From Macrostomum lignano (Eukaryota): a stretch of 64,000 nucleotides of DNA. A model generated the notes under the pieces. The model worked only from the letters and a program-made list of their open reading frames with translations, did no database searches and had not been told where the DNA came from. Below are positions 34,608 to 56,727 of the stretch, piece after piece. The translations under genes and the position numbers were made by a program. The stretch spans positions 248,001-312,000 of the forward strand of contig NIVC01001151.1 of NCBI GenBank assembly GCA_002269645.1, read 5' to 3'. Position 1 is the first letter of the stretch, and each line of letters begins with the position of its first letter.

Positions 34608-35936
34608 CTACACGAAGCCGGCGTCAATTTCTTCCTGCGACTTTGACGGCGATGACGGCAGAGCAGCTGGCATTGAATGAGCCGAAGGCAGCGGCAGCGG
34701 CGCGGTGTCTCGGCTTCCGCGAGCTCCTCCTCCTCCTGGCCGAGCCGCGGCGCAGTGACTGACAGCTACGGAGTTGGCGTGAGCGGCAGACCAGCTCATG
34801 CGCAGGTTGGCGCCGGGGTTCACTGTCCGGATCAGGGTGTAGTTGCCGCTGTTCGGCCCGCCCACACCGGCGCCTTTCCGTCCCGGAAGTCCCAGCAGCC
34901 TCCTGACGGTGTCCCGGAACGTGTTGCTGGTGCTGCTGTAGACGATGAAGTTGCTGAAGCTGTCCACGCAGACCAGGATGTTCGCGATGAAGGTGGTGTG
35001 CAGCTTGACGGTCCTGGAGTTTGCCAACTTCTTGAAGGCCGTGTTGTTGAGCACGAAGAACACGAAAGTGGGCAGTTCGAACACGACAAAGCAGATCAGC
35101 AGCACCATGACTGTTTTGGTGGCGGCGTCCTGACTTCGCGCGGCACCGCCGCCGCCCAGACTGCCCGGCTGCTGGTTGAACTGACGTCGGCGGAGCGTGA
35201 AGATGATGAGGAAGCTGAGGAAGCTGATGAGAAAAATCGGCGCAATGGTCTGCATGGGGAACAGCAGCAGAGTCTTGTAGTGCTTGTACTCATACAGGTT
35301 GTCCAGCCGCTGATGCGTCATGATGGTCAGCAGGTAGGTCGAAGTCTCATTTCCAGTAGCGTTGCACGGCTTTGGGAAAACTGTCCAGGTGAACTCGAAC
35401 ATCCTTGGCGAGCACAGCGCCAGGCTGATCACGGTGAGCAGGATGTAGCCACCCAGAGTTCGGTTCGGGCTGAACAGCTGGCCGCTCCGTGTGCTCAGCG
35501 GGTTGCGGACAACCTCACAACGGCTGCCGGCAATCATCACCAGGCACCAGTTGCGGATCATGATGAACGCATTGAACAGCATGAATGACAGGAAGAATGC
35601 TCCCGTGATGAAGTTGGCCGAATCGGGCAGCTGGAAGAGGCGCTGCCGGTTGCCGACCCACAGCATCACGGTGAAGTTGGACGCCAGGCAGATGTTCAGG
35701 ACCGTTTCAGACAAGGACAACAGCAAGAGCAGCCGGCGCATGATGATATTCTTGCGGTCTAGAATGAAAATTATCAATGAGAATCCGTTGGTGAAGGTGT
35801 TCACGTAGCCCAGAATGCAGGTGATCCACAGGTAGACGATGGCGCTGTTGGAATCGCCACCCCCTCCTCCGCCGCCGCCTGCGGCCATCAGGCTAAGGTT
35901 AACGCACTCCTCAACGCTTGCAAAGTGGGCCAGCAT
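34608..35936 (-). CDS. Intronless class A (rhodopsin-like) GPCR, FMRFamide/peptide-receptor-like, 442 aa
   Basis: Single ORF with 7 hydrophobic segments: ILGYVNTFTNGFSLIIF (TM1), LLLLLSLSETVL (TM2), RNWCLVMIAGSRCEVVRNPL (TM3), PRMFEF (TM4), KTVMVLLICFVVFELP (TM6), DSFSNFIVYSSTSNTFR (TM7, NFxxY, helix 8). Confidence 0.92.
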   Translation of the reverse strand: MLAHFASVEECVNLSLMAAGGGGGGGGDSNSAIVYLWITCILGYVNTFTNGFSLIIFILDRKNIIMRRLLLLLSLSETVLNICLASNFTVMLWVGNRQRLFQLPDSANFITGAFFLSFMLFNAFIMIRNWCLVMIAGSRCEVVRNPLSTRSGQLFSPNRTLGGYILLTVISLALCSPRMFEFTWTVFPKPCNATGNETSTYLLTIMTHQRLDNLYEYKHYKTLLLFPMQTIAPIFLISFLSFLIIFTLRRRQFNQQPGSLGGGGAARSQDAATKTVMVLLICFVVFELPTFVFFVLNNTAFKKLANSRTVKLHTTFIANILVCVDSFSNFIVYSSTSNTFRDTVRRLLGLPGRKGAGVGGPNSGNYTLIRTVNPGANLRMSWSAAHANSVAVSHCAAARPGGGGARGSRDTAPLPLPSAHSMPAALPSSPSKSQEEIDAGFV

Positions 35937-36259
35937 GATTGCTTTGATGTCGGCGTGTCTGATAATCTGATTGATTAATAGATTGATTGACTGATTGATT
36001 GATCAGTGCCTAATTGGCGCACCGGACAAAGGGAAACGCTTGAGTGTTTGAGGGACAGCTTGGGTGGGGGAGGCCAGGACTAATAAGCAGATCCCTGGGT
36101 ATAGGGGCCGGCTGACGCTGGGGAGTCTGCAGAAAACAATGCGAGTGCAGAAACGATTCCTGATTGGCTGAGAGCGATTAAGCCAATGAGACGCTGGTTA
36201 ACCTGGAGATTTCTCCTTTTTTCGTACCAGACTTTGCTTGGGTAGGAGAATGGAATTAT

Positions 36260-37400
36260 CAGATGGAAGCATCCAATGACCAGATGGAAGCATCCAATGA
36301 CCAGATGGAAGCATCAAATGACCAGTTGGAAGAATCAAATGACCAGATGGAAGAATCAAATGACCAGTTGGAAGAATCAAATGACCAGATGGAAAAATCA
36401 AATGACCAGATGGAAGAATCAAATGACCAGATGGAAAAATCAAATGACCAGTTGGAAGAATCAAATGACCAGATGGAAGAATCAAATGACCAGATGGAAA
36501 AATCAAATGACCAGTTGGAAAAATCAAATGACCAGATGGAAGAATCAAATGACCAGATGGAAAAATCAAATGACCAGTTGGAAAAATCAAATGACCAGAT
36601 GGAAGAATCAAATGACCAGATGGAAGAATCAAATGACCAGTTGGAAAAATCAAATGACCAGATGGAAGAATCAAATGACCAGATGTGAGAATCAAATGAC
36701 CAGATATGAGAATCAACTGACCAGATGGAAGAATCAAATGACCAGATATGAGAATCAACTGACCAGATAGAAGAATCAAATGACCAGATGGAAGAATCAA
36801 ATGACCAGATGGAAGAATCAAATGACCAGATGGAAAAATCAAATGACCAGTTGGAAGAATCAAATGACCAGTTGGAAGAATCAACTGACCAGATGGAAAC
36901 ATCAAATGACCAGATGGAAGAATCAAATGACCAGTTGGAAGAATCAAATGACCAGTTGGAAAAATCAAATGACCAGATGGAAGAATCAAATGACCAGATA
37001 TGAGAATCAAATGACCAGATATGAGAATCAAATGACCAGATATGAGAATCAAATGACCAGATGTGAGAATCAAATGACCAGATATGAGAATCAAATGACC
37101 AGATGTGAGAATCAAATCACTAGATGTGAGAATCAAATGACCAGATATGAGAATCAAATGACCAGATATGAGAATCAAATGACCAGATATGAGAATCAAA
37201 TGACCAGATATGAGAATCAAATGACCAGATGTGAGAATCAAATGACCAGATATGAGAATCAAATGACCAGATGTGAGAATCAAATGACCAGATATGAGAA
37301 TCAAATGACCAGATGTGAGAATCAAATCACTAGATGTGAGAATCAAATGACCAGATATGAGAATCAAATGACCAGATGGAAGAATCAAATGACCAGATGC
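36260..37400. repeat. 21-bp minisatellite AAATGACCAGAT(GGA/ATG)AGAATC, array A
   Basis: About 54 copies. Confidence 0.96.
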
Positions 37401-37639
37401 AATGGCATCTGTCCGGTGGTCCCTTTGTCCGCACTGGGTATCTGTACTCAGTGCTTTCCCTCTTAATGGTTTCTTTACTCATTTTCGCAGAGACGCTCGT
37501 CCGTCGCTTGCTGAGCTCTGTCTGATGTTGGTCACGATGCATACTCAGATCTCGTCCTTGGTGATCTTGGACTCGCCGTAGATGCTCCAAGAGCCGTAGG
37601 ACTCTTGAATGGGAAGGCGCGAACGCCCATTCCGCTAAG

Positions 37640-38070
37640 CACAAAGACCTGACTCGAGACAGCCAGCATCGAGTACAGTGTTGGACGGAGCTGCTAGCAT
37701 TCTATCTGTACCAACTCCTGGGCGAGAGGACGCATGCAGACGCTCTATCAAGATTTCCATCTGACAGCGGCAACTGTAGCGGACTTGCGACTTGCGACCG
37801 CCAATATCGGCCTATCAGATGAAGCACCAGATACAGAAGATCAAATTGAGCGAGCGTCACACGGAGACGTAGAGTCAAGTGCAGGAGCGGTTTGAGAGCG
37901 GATTGAGACGGCTCGGGATATTAAATAAAACTGCGGGTAAGGAGCTGCCGATCGTAAAAGTACATCAAGCTTTAGAGCTGCATGTCGAGCAACTTCTTAG
38001 GCTGTTTGGTTCTGGACCATTTGAAAACACAGCAAAGCAGGTTATCGAAAGCCGAGACAGCTGTCGGTAA
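37640..38070 (+). mobile_element. Decayed Ty3/gypsy pol fragment (RNase H end / integrase zinc-binding start)
   Basis: RVQCWTELLAFYLYQLLGERTHADALSRFP resembles the gypsy RW..L..Y......ADALSRLP motif. Downstream ..NTAKQVIESRDSCR weakly resembles the integrase CxxC. Stops present. Confidence 0.5.
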
Positions 38071-38113
38071 CCTGCGGGAATTTTACTGGACTAAATAGAA
38101 AAATAATAATAGA

Positions 38114-38202
38114 TTACACCTTCCCTAATGGGCAGATGTGCAACAGACAGCTCAGCCGCAGCTATTGCGCGGCAGTTATGAAGGCTGCGTTTGGTCCAAG
38201 GA
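38114..38202 (-). mobile_element. 3' fragment of the same SINE family
   Basis: TTACACCTTCCCTAATGGGCAGATGTGCAACAGACAGCTCAGCCGCAGCTATTGCGCGGC matches the reverse complement of 27690-27755. Confidence 0.8.
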
Positions 38203-39345
38203 AAGACCAGATGAAAGAACCAAATGACCAGATGGAAGCATCGAATGACCTGATGGAAGAAACAAATGACCAGATGGAAGCATCGAATGACCAGATGGAA
38301 GAATCAAATGACCAGTTGGAAGAATCAAATGACCAGATATGATAATCAAATGACCAGATGGAAGAATCAAATGACCAGATATGATAATCAAATGACCAGA
38401 TGAAAGAATCAAATGACCAGATGTGAGAATCAAATGACCAGATATGATAATCAAATGACCAGATGGAAGAATCAAATGACCAGATATGATAATCAAATGA
38501 CCAGATGAAAGAATCAAATGACCAGATGTGAGAATCAAATGACCAGATATGATAATCAAATGACCAGATGGAAGAATCAAATGACCAGATGTGAGAATCA
38601 AATGACCAGATGGAAGAATCAAATGACCAGATGGAAGAATCAAATGACCTGATGTGAGAATCAAATGACCAGATATGATAATCAAATGACCAGATGAAAG
38701 AATCAAATGACCAGATGTGAGAATCAAATGACCAGATATGAGAATCAAATGACCAGATATGATAATCAAATGACCAGATGGAAGAATCAAATGACCAGAT
38801 ATGATAATCAAATGACCAGATGGAAGAATCAAATGACCAGATGGAAGAATCAAATGACCAGATATGATAATCAAATGACCAGATGGAAGAATCAAATAAC
38901 CAGATATGAGAATCAAATGACCAGATGGAAGAATCAAATAACCAGATATGAGAATCAAATGACCAGATGGAAGAATCAAATAACCAGATATGAGAATCAA
39001 ATGACCAGATATGAGAATCAAATGACCAGATGGAAGAATCAAATGACCAGATATGATAATCAAATGACCAGATGAAAGAATCAAATGACCAGATGTGAGA
39101 ATCAAATGACCAGATGGAAGAATCAAATGACCTGATGTGAGAATCAAATGACCAGATATGATAATCAAATGACCAGATATGAGAATCAAATGACCAGATA
39201 TGAGAATCAAATGACCAGATATGAGAATCAAATGACCAGATATGAGAATCAAATGACCAGATATGAGAATCAAATGACCAGATATGAGAATCAAATGACC
39301 AGATATGAGAATCAAATGACCAGATATGAGAATCAAATGATTGAA
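38203..39345. repeat. 21-bp minisatellite, array B (same unit as array A)
   Basis: About 54 copies. Confidence 0.96.
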
Positions 39346-39879
39346 GCATCAAGTGACTACGATGAAGTATTAAAAGAGAAAAACCATCGCTGTTAAATCG
39401 ATGTATTCGAATTTTCGAGCACACAAAATGCCCATTTTTGAAGAAACAACAAATATTGGTCACAAAAATCAGACGCACAAATAATAAATTTATTTATTAA
39501 CTGGCTGAAATCTACAGGTAACGGACACATTTATAAACGCACACATAGCTAGCATTGTGGAATAATATCATCAATAGTGTCTTGGAAACAAAAACACTCA
39601 AAACAAAAATCACAGGAATATATAATTTCTTCCATCTTACGAATGATTAAAAAAGTCACGATTATTACAGACATCTGTGTAGCGTTATAATCTTGTTAAG
39701 CACTGTAACCTTATCATAAGAACAAAAATACACAGCTGGTAGCATAGTGGACACTCAATAAAATGATTATCTCGATGGACGATAAGCTAAATAATTATCC
39801 ATATTTTAATATGCAGGTCATCAACTTTCTACAACGACTGTTGTAAAAATTATAAATCAAAAAGCGTTCGCTGCCATAT

Positions 39880-40615
39880 CTCACCGACACGTCTCACCGA
39901 CACGTCTCACCGACACGTCTCACCGACACGTCTTACCGACACATCTCACCGACACATCTCACCGACACATCTCATGGACACATCTCACCGACACATCTCA
40001 CCGACACAACTCACCGACACATCTCACCGACACATCTCACCGACACAACTCACCGACACATCTCACCGACACATCTCACAGACTTATCTCACCGACACAT
40101 CTCACCGACACATCTCACCGACACAACTCACCGACTTATCTCACCGACACATCACACAGACTTATCTCACCGACACATCTCACCGACATATCTCACCGAC
40201 ACAACTCACCGACTTATCTCACCGACACTTCTCACAGACTTATCTCACCGACACATCTCATCGACACATCTCACCGACACATCTCACCGACACGTCTCAC
40301 CGACACATCTCACCGACACATCTCACCGACACATCTCACCGACTTATCTCATGGATACATCTCACCAACTTATCTCATCGACACATCTCACTGACACATC
40401 TCACCGACACATCTCCCCGACACATCTCACCGGCACATCTCACAGACTTATCTCACCGACACATCTCACCGGCACATCTCACCGACTTATCTCACCGACA
40501 ATCTCACCGACTTATCTCATCGACACATCTCACCGACACATCTCACCGACACATCTCACCGACTTATCTCATCGACAAATCTCACCGACACATCTCATCG
40601 ACACATCTCACCGAC
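39880..40615. repeat. 13-bp minisatellite TCTCACCGACACA
   Basis: About 55 copies. Confidence 0.95.
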
Positions 40616-40965
40616 ATACCTCATACTGACAGTTTTTAAGCGACGTGACTCATTTCGTCAAAACCAGACTATTCGTAATGGAAGATTGTTTACACTACAT
40701 AAACGCAATTGCCGCAAAAATATGTTTAAAAGCACTAAAAGCTAAAACGACTGCAGTGTCGCTCAGTCAAAATTGACTCGACATTCGGGCTAGGAACTAG
40801 GGGCCATCACAACAATAAACGAAGTTTCTTCAAAAAAACTTGGACAAAAACGCACGTTATTACACATCAATGCTAAATAGTTCCACGCAAATATTAATAT
40901 CAAATGAGATTTTCAGCCCCCCAGCGTACGGCACTCCCTCAGCACTCCCTCAGTTCCATTCACTG

Positions 40966-48939
<7,974 letters not shown>

Positions 48940-51090
48940 GGCTGGATGGTAAAACTCGCTTTTAGTCCAGAAAATTCTAAAAAACATATTTTCATAACTT
49001 GCGGTTAAGCATTTAGTGCTACAACTGTAGTGTGGCTACTCGCAATTAAATTCAGTAAATTATTAAATTATTGCATGGATAAGTTTAACTTAAACACATT
49101 AAATAATTTCCATTTTATCAAACAATTTTTTTGAAAAATTTGAATTTAAATGTAGAAAAGAGTGAATAAATAATACAATCTGTAGATTCTGTTGATTTTG
49201 TTATTTTTGAAATTAAAAACAAGTAAATATTGATTACAATTTGTAAAAAGTCATCAATAAAACTGTAAAATACATTAAGATTACCTAAAAACTAATATTT
49301 ACTAAAAATACTTTCAAACATTTCTATACTTTCCTCTTTAGGATAATCATATATCTTCAACAAGATCAGAAGCATGACGTTGTGTAAGTATAAATATCTC
49401 ATCTAAAAGAGACTATAATTGTTCAAGTGTAAGCAAAAATTACCTTTAGTCCCTGTATTTATCTATTCAAGCGAAAGGGTGAACTGCAGGATGGCTGTGC
49501 TCAAGGTGTCGAGAGCCAAACTTTGTTTTCTTAATCTGATAAATTTTACTTTGTCGCTCTGTAAAAAAATATCTTTGGAAAACAACAATGACATCAAAAG
49601 TAGCTAGTATTTTTTCTTATAAAAGTTTTGCTGTCTCTAAGTATGTTTACTTTTATCAGCTTTCTAACTTTGTTTTACTGTGCAAATTTTCCGGAGTAGT
49701 ATACGACAAATAATGAGCAAGGATGGGTATGAAAAACCGATTTTACGTTGTGACGTTGCCAGTTTAAGGTGGTCCCGCAAAAGGGCCGTTGGACTGTAGC
49801 TCCTCTACAATTTCTCCAATCGTTTATTTTAACGTTTACTTGTAGTAGTGCCCAATGAATCTGTACCTAATGTCGCTAATTCACTGCGCGTTTTGCTATC
49901 CTTTCATGCGACCGTAGAAAACTTGCACGATCGATAATTTTAAGTTCTTTAGCCAGCCAATGAAACCACTCGTGCTTCGCGCTACCCCCCCCCCCTCTGC
50001 GCTCTTTTATCAACCCCTGCCTGGCGGGCTGAGGGCCTCCTCACTTCTAGGCTGTTTAGGCTTCGTGGCCTCTTGGCGTCTCGTTTTCCTTGCGGTGTCT
50101 GGCTCTTGTTTTCCTTCTCTTGTCTGGCTGCCTCGAGCCTCCTTATCTCTCGCCACGGCCCCTCTGTCTGGGCCAGCCTGTTTACACACTACTTCACTGT
50201 GTGCTGCCACGGCTAACGCCAATCTCGCCACTACTCATCTGCCTACCTACTGCTACTCACTGCCTTCACCGTGCTCATCGCCATTGCTCATCACACTGCG
50301 TCGCCATCGAATCCTTCGTCTGCCACTGACTTCATATTCTATTGCTTTCAAAACCATTGTTGCAGCCGCCAGTGCCCAGAACGCTATAAGCTTGCATTGA
50401 CATTAGTAACCAAGTTTAATATTGATCTCGACAATAAAACAACCACAGCAGTTTCCTGCCTTTATCGCCAAGTGCTCCGCTACACAATCCGCTTTATAAG
50501 AATAGACTTCGATTCATTTTGGGACTACGACTTACGGCAACTCTCGTCAAAACGGCCCTTTTAAGGGTCATAGCCATAGCCACTACGTCAATAATCGTGA
50601 CAACGTCATGCTACAATCCAGTGCTGGCTTTACTAATGGATCTGTCAAAACACTAGTAAATATGTACAATTAGATCTAATGACATACTAATGCATGTACA
50701 TACGTACATGCTACGTACATTACCCGCGGTATGAATAAAATACCATTACCAGAAGTTTGGTATTACGTAGAAAATTGTGTAGAAAACTTAAAACGAATTT
50801 CCATGATTAGAATAATGCTCGGAAAGCTGATAGTGGACGGCATCCCTATACCTACTACTCGTGCACAGCTATTTCTATATATTTCTTTTTCTATCGCAAA
50901 AAACTTTTACCATAGACTAACGTTGAGCGAAAACGCATAGCCTGAATCGCGCACGTCGAGTAAACTCGTGAAAACCGGATTAGCTAGAAATTTGCGACAC
51001 TTGAGCCATTTTGTAGCTACTAAACAGTAAGGCTTCATTTTTTCAGCTTTAAAGCGCGGGCCTCAATAGCCAGAAAGAAGACAATCAAAC

Positions 51091-53219
<2,129 letters not shown>

Positions 53220-54646
53220 AACTGAGACTAAGCAGCAACTTAACAATGAATAGTGCTTGTGCAGCTCATCACTTTTTTATTTTATTGTACTTTTCAGCAC
53301 GCATTTTTTGTTTTTATCGTAACGCGAGCTCCTCCAAGTTGCTTGTCGGTCAGAGACTATAACTCTTTTTAAAGCCAATGTAGATTATTCCCCATTCTCA
53401 AACCACAGCCAGGTTTTTCGTTCCAGCTTCTTTTTTCTTATTATTAACTGGACTCATCTTTTTGTGCTGAGCACTAGTCTTATTTTTTTGTCGACGCACT
53501 TCTAAAAGAATTCGATGCGCTTTTCTTGCAGCAAAAAACGTAACATTTAGAATGTCGCCATCGGAGAAACGTCAGCAACAAAACAAAAATAAAAGAAAAA
53601 AGTTATGAGAACATCGTTCAGTTTCCTAGTAGAGTAGGTATATAAATATAAATGAAAAACAAAATTGATTTTTTCTTCATTCACACACTTGAATTTTCTT
53701 AGTACTAAGAAAATGCTTAGAAAATGCCCGAATGCTTACAAGCGTACATGTATTACAAATAGACCTATCGCGACTTTCCTAGTCGTTTCTTTAGTTCACC
53801 TTCACTTGTCTCTGTTTACTCTGTTTTCTCTCTGTCTAGCTCAATCTTGTTATTCTTGTCTCTCTCTCCCTTGCTGCCTTCTGATTGAGTCAGATTGACT
53901 CTTCATTCTCGCCTATCTCTTCAGTCGCGCACTCCACCACACTCCACTCCTCTTCCTTATTATTCTGGGCTCAACCCCCAAATATAAAATGTTCTATAAA
54001 TACATCGGTTCGAGCCCTGCGCCCACTTCTGCTTTGTCTTCAATATAACTCATCTAACAGTAAATATAGAATATAGTCTTATTTTCTCTACAAGACCTTC
54101 ATTTTATATTACTGCACTAGTGACGAGTAAGGTGTGCCGTCTTATGTATTATTCAAATGAAAATTTCCGTAAAATTATACGTTCGTATACGTATGTGGTT
54201 AAAAAGTATGTTTCATTCTTCAGGCAGCCTAACAGTATCGAAGTGATTTACCTGTACTAAGCAAAAAATATAAACAAAATCCCTAAAAACTAGCTTAAAT
54301 AAATGTCCTTAAAATACATAATAAAATAAGCAACGAAATAGGCGAAATCCATTAAATAGTTCTTAGTATTTTATTTACTCAAATTATTAGTTTTGATATT
54401 TTCGTGCGCGGAAATACATCCTAACAAATTATTTTGTAGCGATTTGAGAGCAAGTAATATTTAATTCAAGGATTTAATCGCTTTAATAAAAAACAATTTT
54501 ATTGTTAAAAAAAATTAATTATTAAAAATACAGTGCAGTGTCAATGTCTACTCTTGGTGGCACAGTAATTTTAAATTGTCTTATGTAAACGAAATTTTTA
54601 CTAGTCGCGCGCGGGTTGATAATATTGTTGAATAAATTTACGAAAA

Positions 54647-56630
54647 ATGTCGCAAGTAAAGTTGCAGGAAAGCATCGTGTAAGTGTTTCGATTTTTCTTG
54701 AGAAGCCTTAAAGTAAGCACAAATAAATTATGAAGAGCTTTAAAAATATATGAAAATGTATCTAACAATGGGCTATCCTGTAGTTTCACACGTTAAATTA
54801 TTACCCCCACCCCCCACCACCCTTGAATAGAGGGCGAAATAATTCCGTAAAATAATTTAACGTGCGAAACTACAGGATAGCCCTAACAATGCTTTAAGGT
54901 CCATTGTGATTTTGGCTTGCGATTCTCACATAATTAGAAATACAGTAATATCTTACTAAAACAAGATCGAGACTTCAAGGGGAGTTTTTTAATTTTATTG
55001 CTGAGAAAAAAACAGTTCTATGTTTATTCTGTCAAGCAATATTTAAAAAACACAAAAAGCTATGCACAGAAAAAATTATTTGGGAATTGGGATAGTGTTA
55101 GTCCTGTTAGTTTTGCTGGCTACAGTATAGTCTTGCTGTTACTATATAAATACTTTAATGCAGGAATATCTATTTAATCTTTAATAAACTTTAGAGAAGA
55201 AATATAAATACTCTATTAGTACTCTTTACTCTTCCTGAAAGTATTCTGTTGTTATGCTTAAACTGGAAACTCATTAAAACCATTTGAATGTAATTTTTGT
55301 TTACAATTTTTTCCTATTCTAAAACTGTTTACCACCAGCAAGTTTGAACAGAAAATTAACAGTTGATTAAAACAAAATTTACAGAAAACATACATATGTG
55401 TTTATTTATTTAATTTGAACTCAGGACCAGCAGCAGGCCAGCTGCGGCCGGGCAAAGTGCCGCTAATGCATCAAAAAAGGCGCGCCAGTCCCGCAAAGGA
55501 TTTTACGCGTCCGGCTTGTACGCTTCGCGCGCCACGAGCGGAGTGTCGTCGAGAAAATCCGGCGAAGAAAAAGGCGTCTGGAGCAAATACCCCCGGCTGC
55601 CCAATGACCAGGGCGGAGAGGACACGCCCAAGCCCCTGCTGGAGGACGACAAGAAGGTGTCCTACGACACTAAGGAAACTGTAAGTTTAATTAGCTTCTT
55701 GATTACTTTTTTCGGGATTCTCTTGCTTTTGGAAACCCTTGTGATTAAGCCTTATTGTAAGCCCATCGCTAGCAGTGCAGTGTCCTTGGCAACTAATAGC
55801 TTCCTTCTCAACCACCGTCAAATATGGTAGCTTCCTTGGATTTCTACCCATCCACACAGCTTCCTTGGCAACCATAAAACACATTTAGCTTCCTTGGCAA
55901 CCAAAAAGTACACTTAGCATCTTTGGTAGCCATAAAAAATCGCGCATTTGTACATAGTTTGGATGTTTTAATTCTAACCAACCACCGCACCACAACGCCC
56001 CCCCCCAGCCATCTGAGCTGGCCTCGCAGTCGCAGAGCTCGCAGCTGCAGTTACAGCCGGAGAAGAGCAGCATCGGCCTGGGCAGCCGGTCAATACAGAG
56101 CAGCAGCGTCGTGTCCATCGGCTCCGACTACGGCGACGACTACGGCGACAGGGGCAGCGTTGACCAGCTGCACTGGACGGAGATGAAGACCCTCAGAGAT
56201 CAGATGGAGTCTCCTCTAACCGAAGCAGATCTAGAAGCTGATGTTGACATTGAAATCAGCGAGACGGACACCATCTGGCTGCTGGACATCAAGCCGAAGC
56301 TGGTGAATCCCGAGACTGACGGCGATCTCGCCGAACTGATCAAGCAACGCAATGAGGCCTACAAAGCTCTGCTGGCCGATAAGGTGAGACTGGACGCTCT
56401 TATGCTCTTAATAGGGTGTGATCAAATGAAGAACCACTTCGCGGTTCGAGTTGTCACGCTCCAGACGCGTGTTGATAGTCACGTGATGAGGCTTGGGCTG
56501 GTTGGTTAGCAATGTACAGTTCTATGCGTACATTAACGGTAGAGCTATAAGTGAACCGAAACGGGGTTCCACTTAGATAATCTAGTTGGTTAGTCAGTTA
56601 GTTAGTTAGTCAGTCAGTTAGTTAGTTAGC

Positions 56631-56669
<39 letters not shown>

Positions 56670-56670
56670 C

Positions 56671-56727
<57 letters not shown>

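Noticed and set aside
34677-35808. Plus-strand ORFs overlapping the GPCR (also antisense ORFs over TMEM184, WDR78, NCAM and bHLH exons)
   Set aside because: Shadow ORFs caused by GC-rich codon usage of the real gene on the other strand.
36198-39478. 386-438 aa ORFs of ISGHLIL/DSHIWSF/NQMTR repeats
   Set aside because: Products of a 21-bp minisatellite whose unit lacks stops in some frames. No supporting gene context.
55414-55440. Spliced-leader AUG supplying the WDR78 start at acceptor 55424
   Set aside because: The exon begins in phase 2, so an SL-terminal AUG would be out of frame. A conventional ATG exon at 54647-54678 fits the phase.
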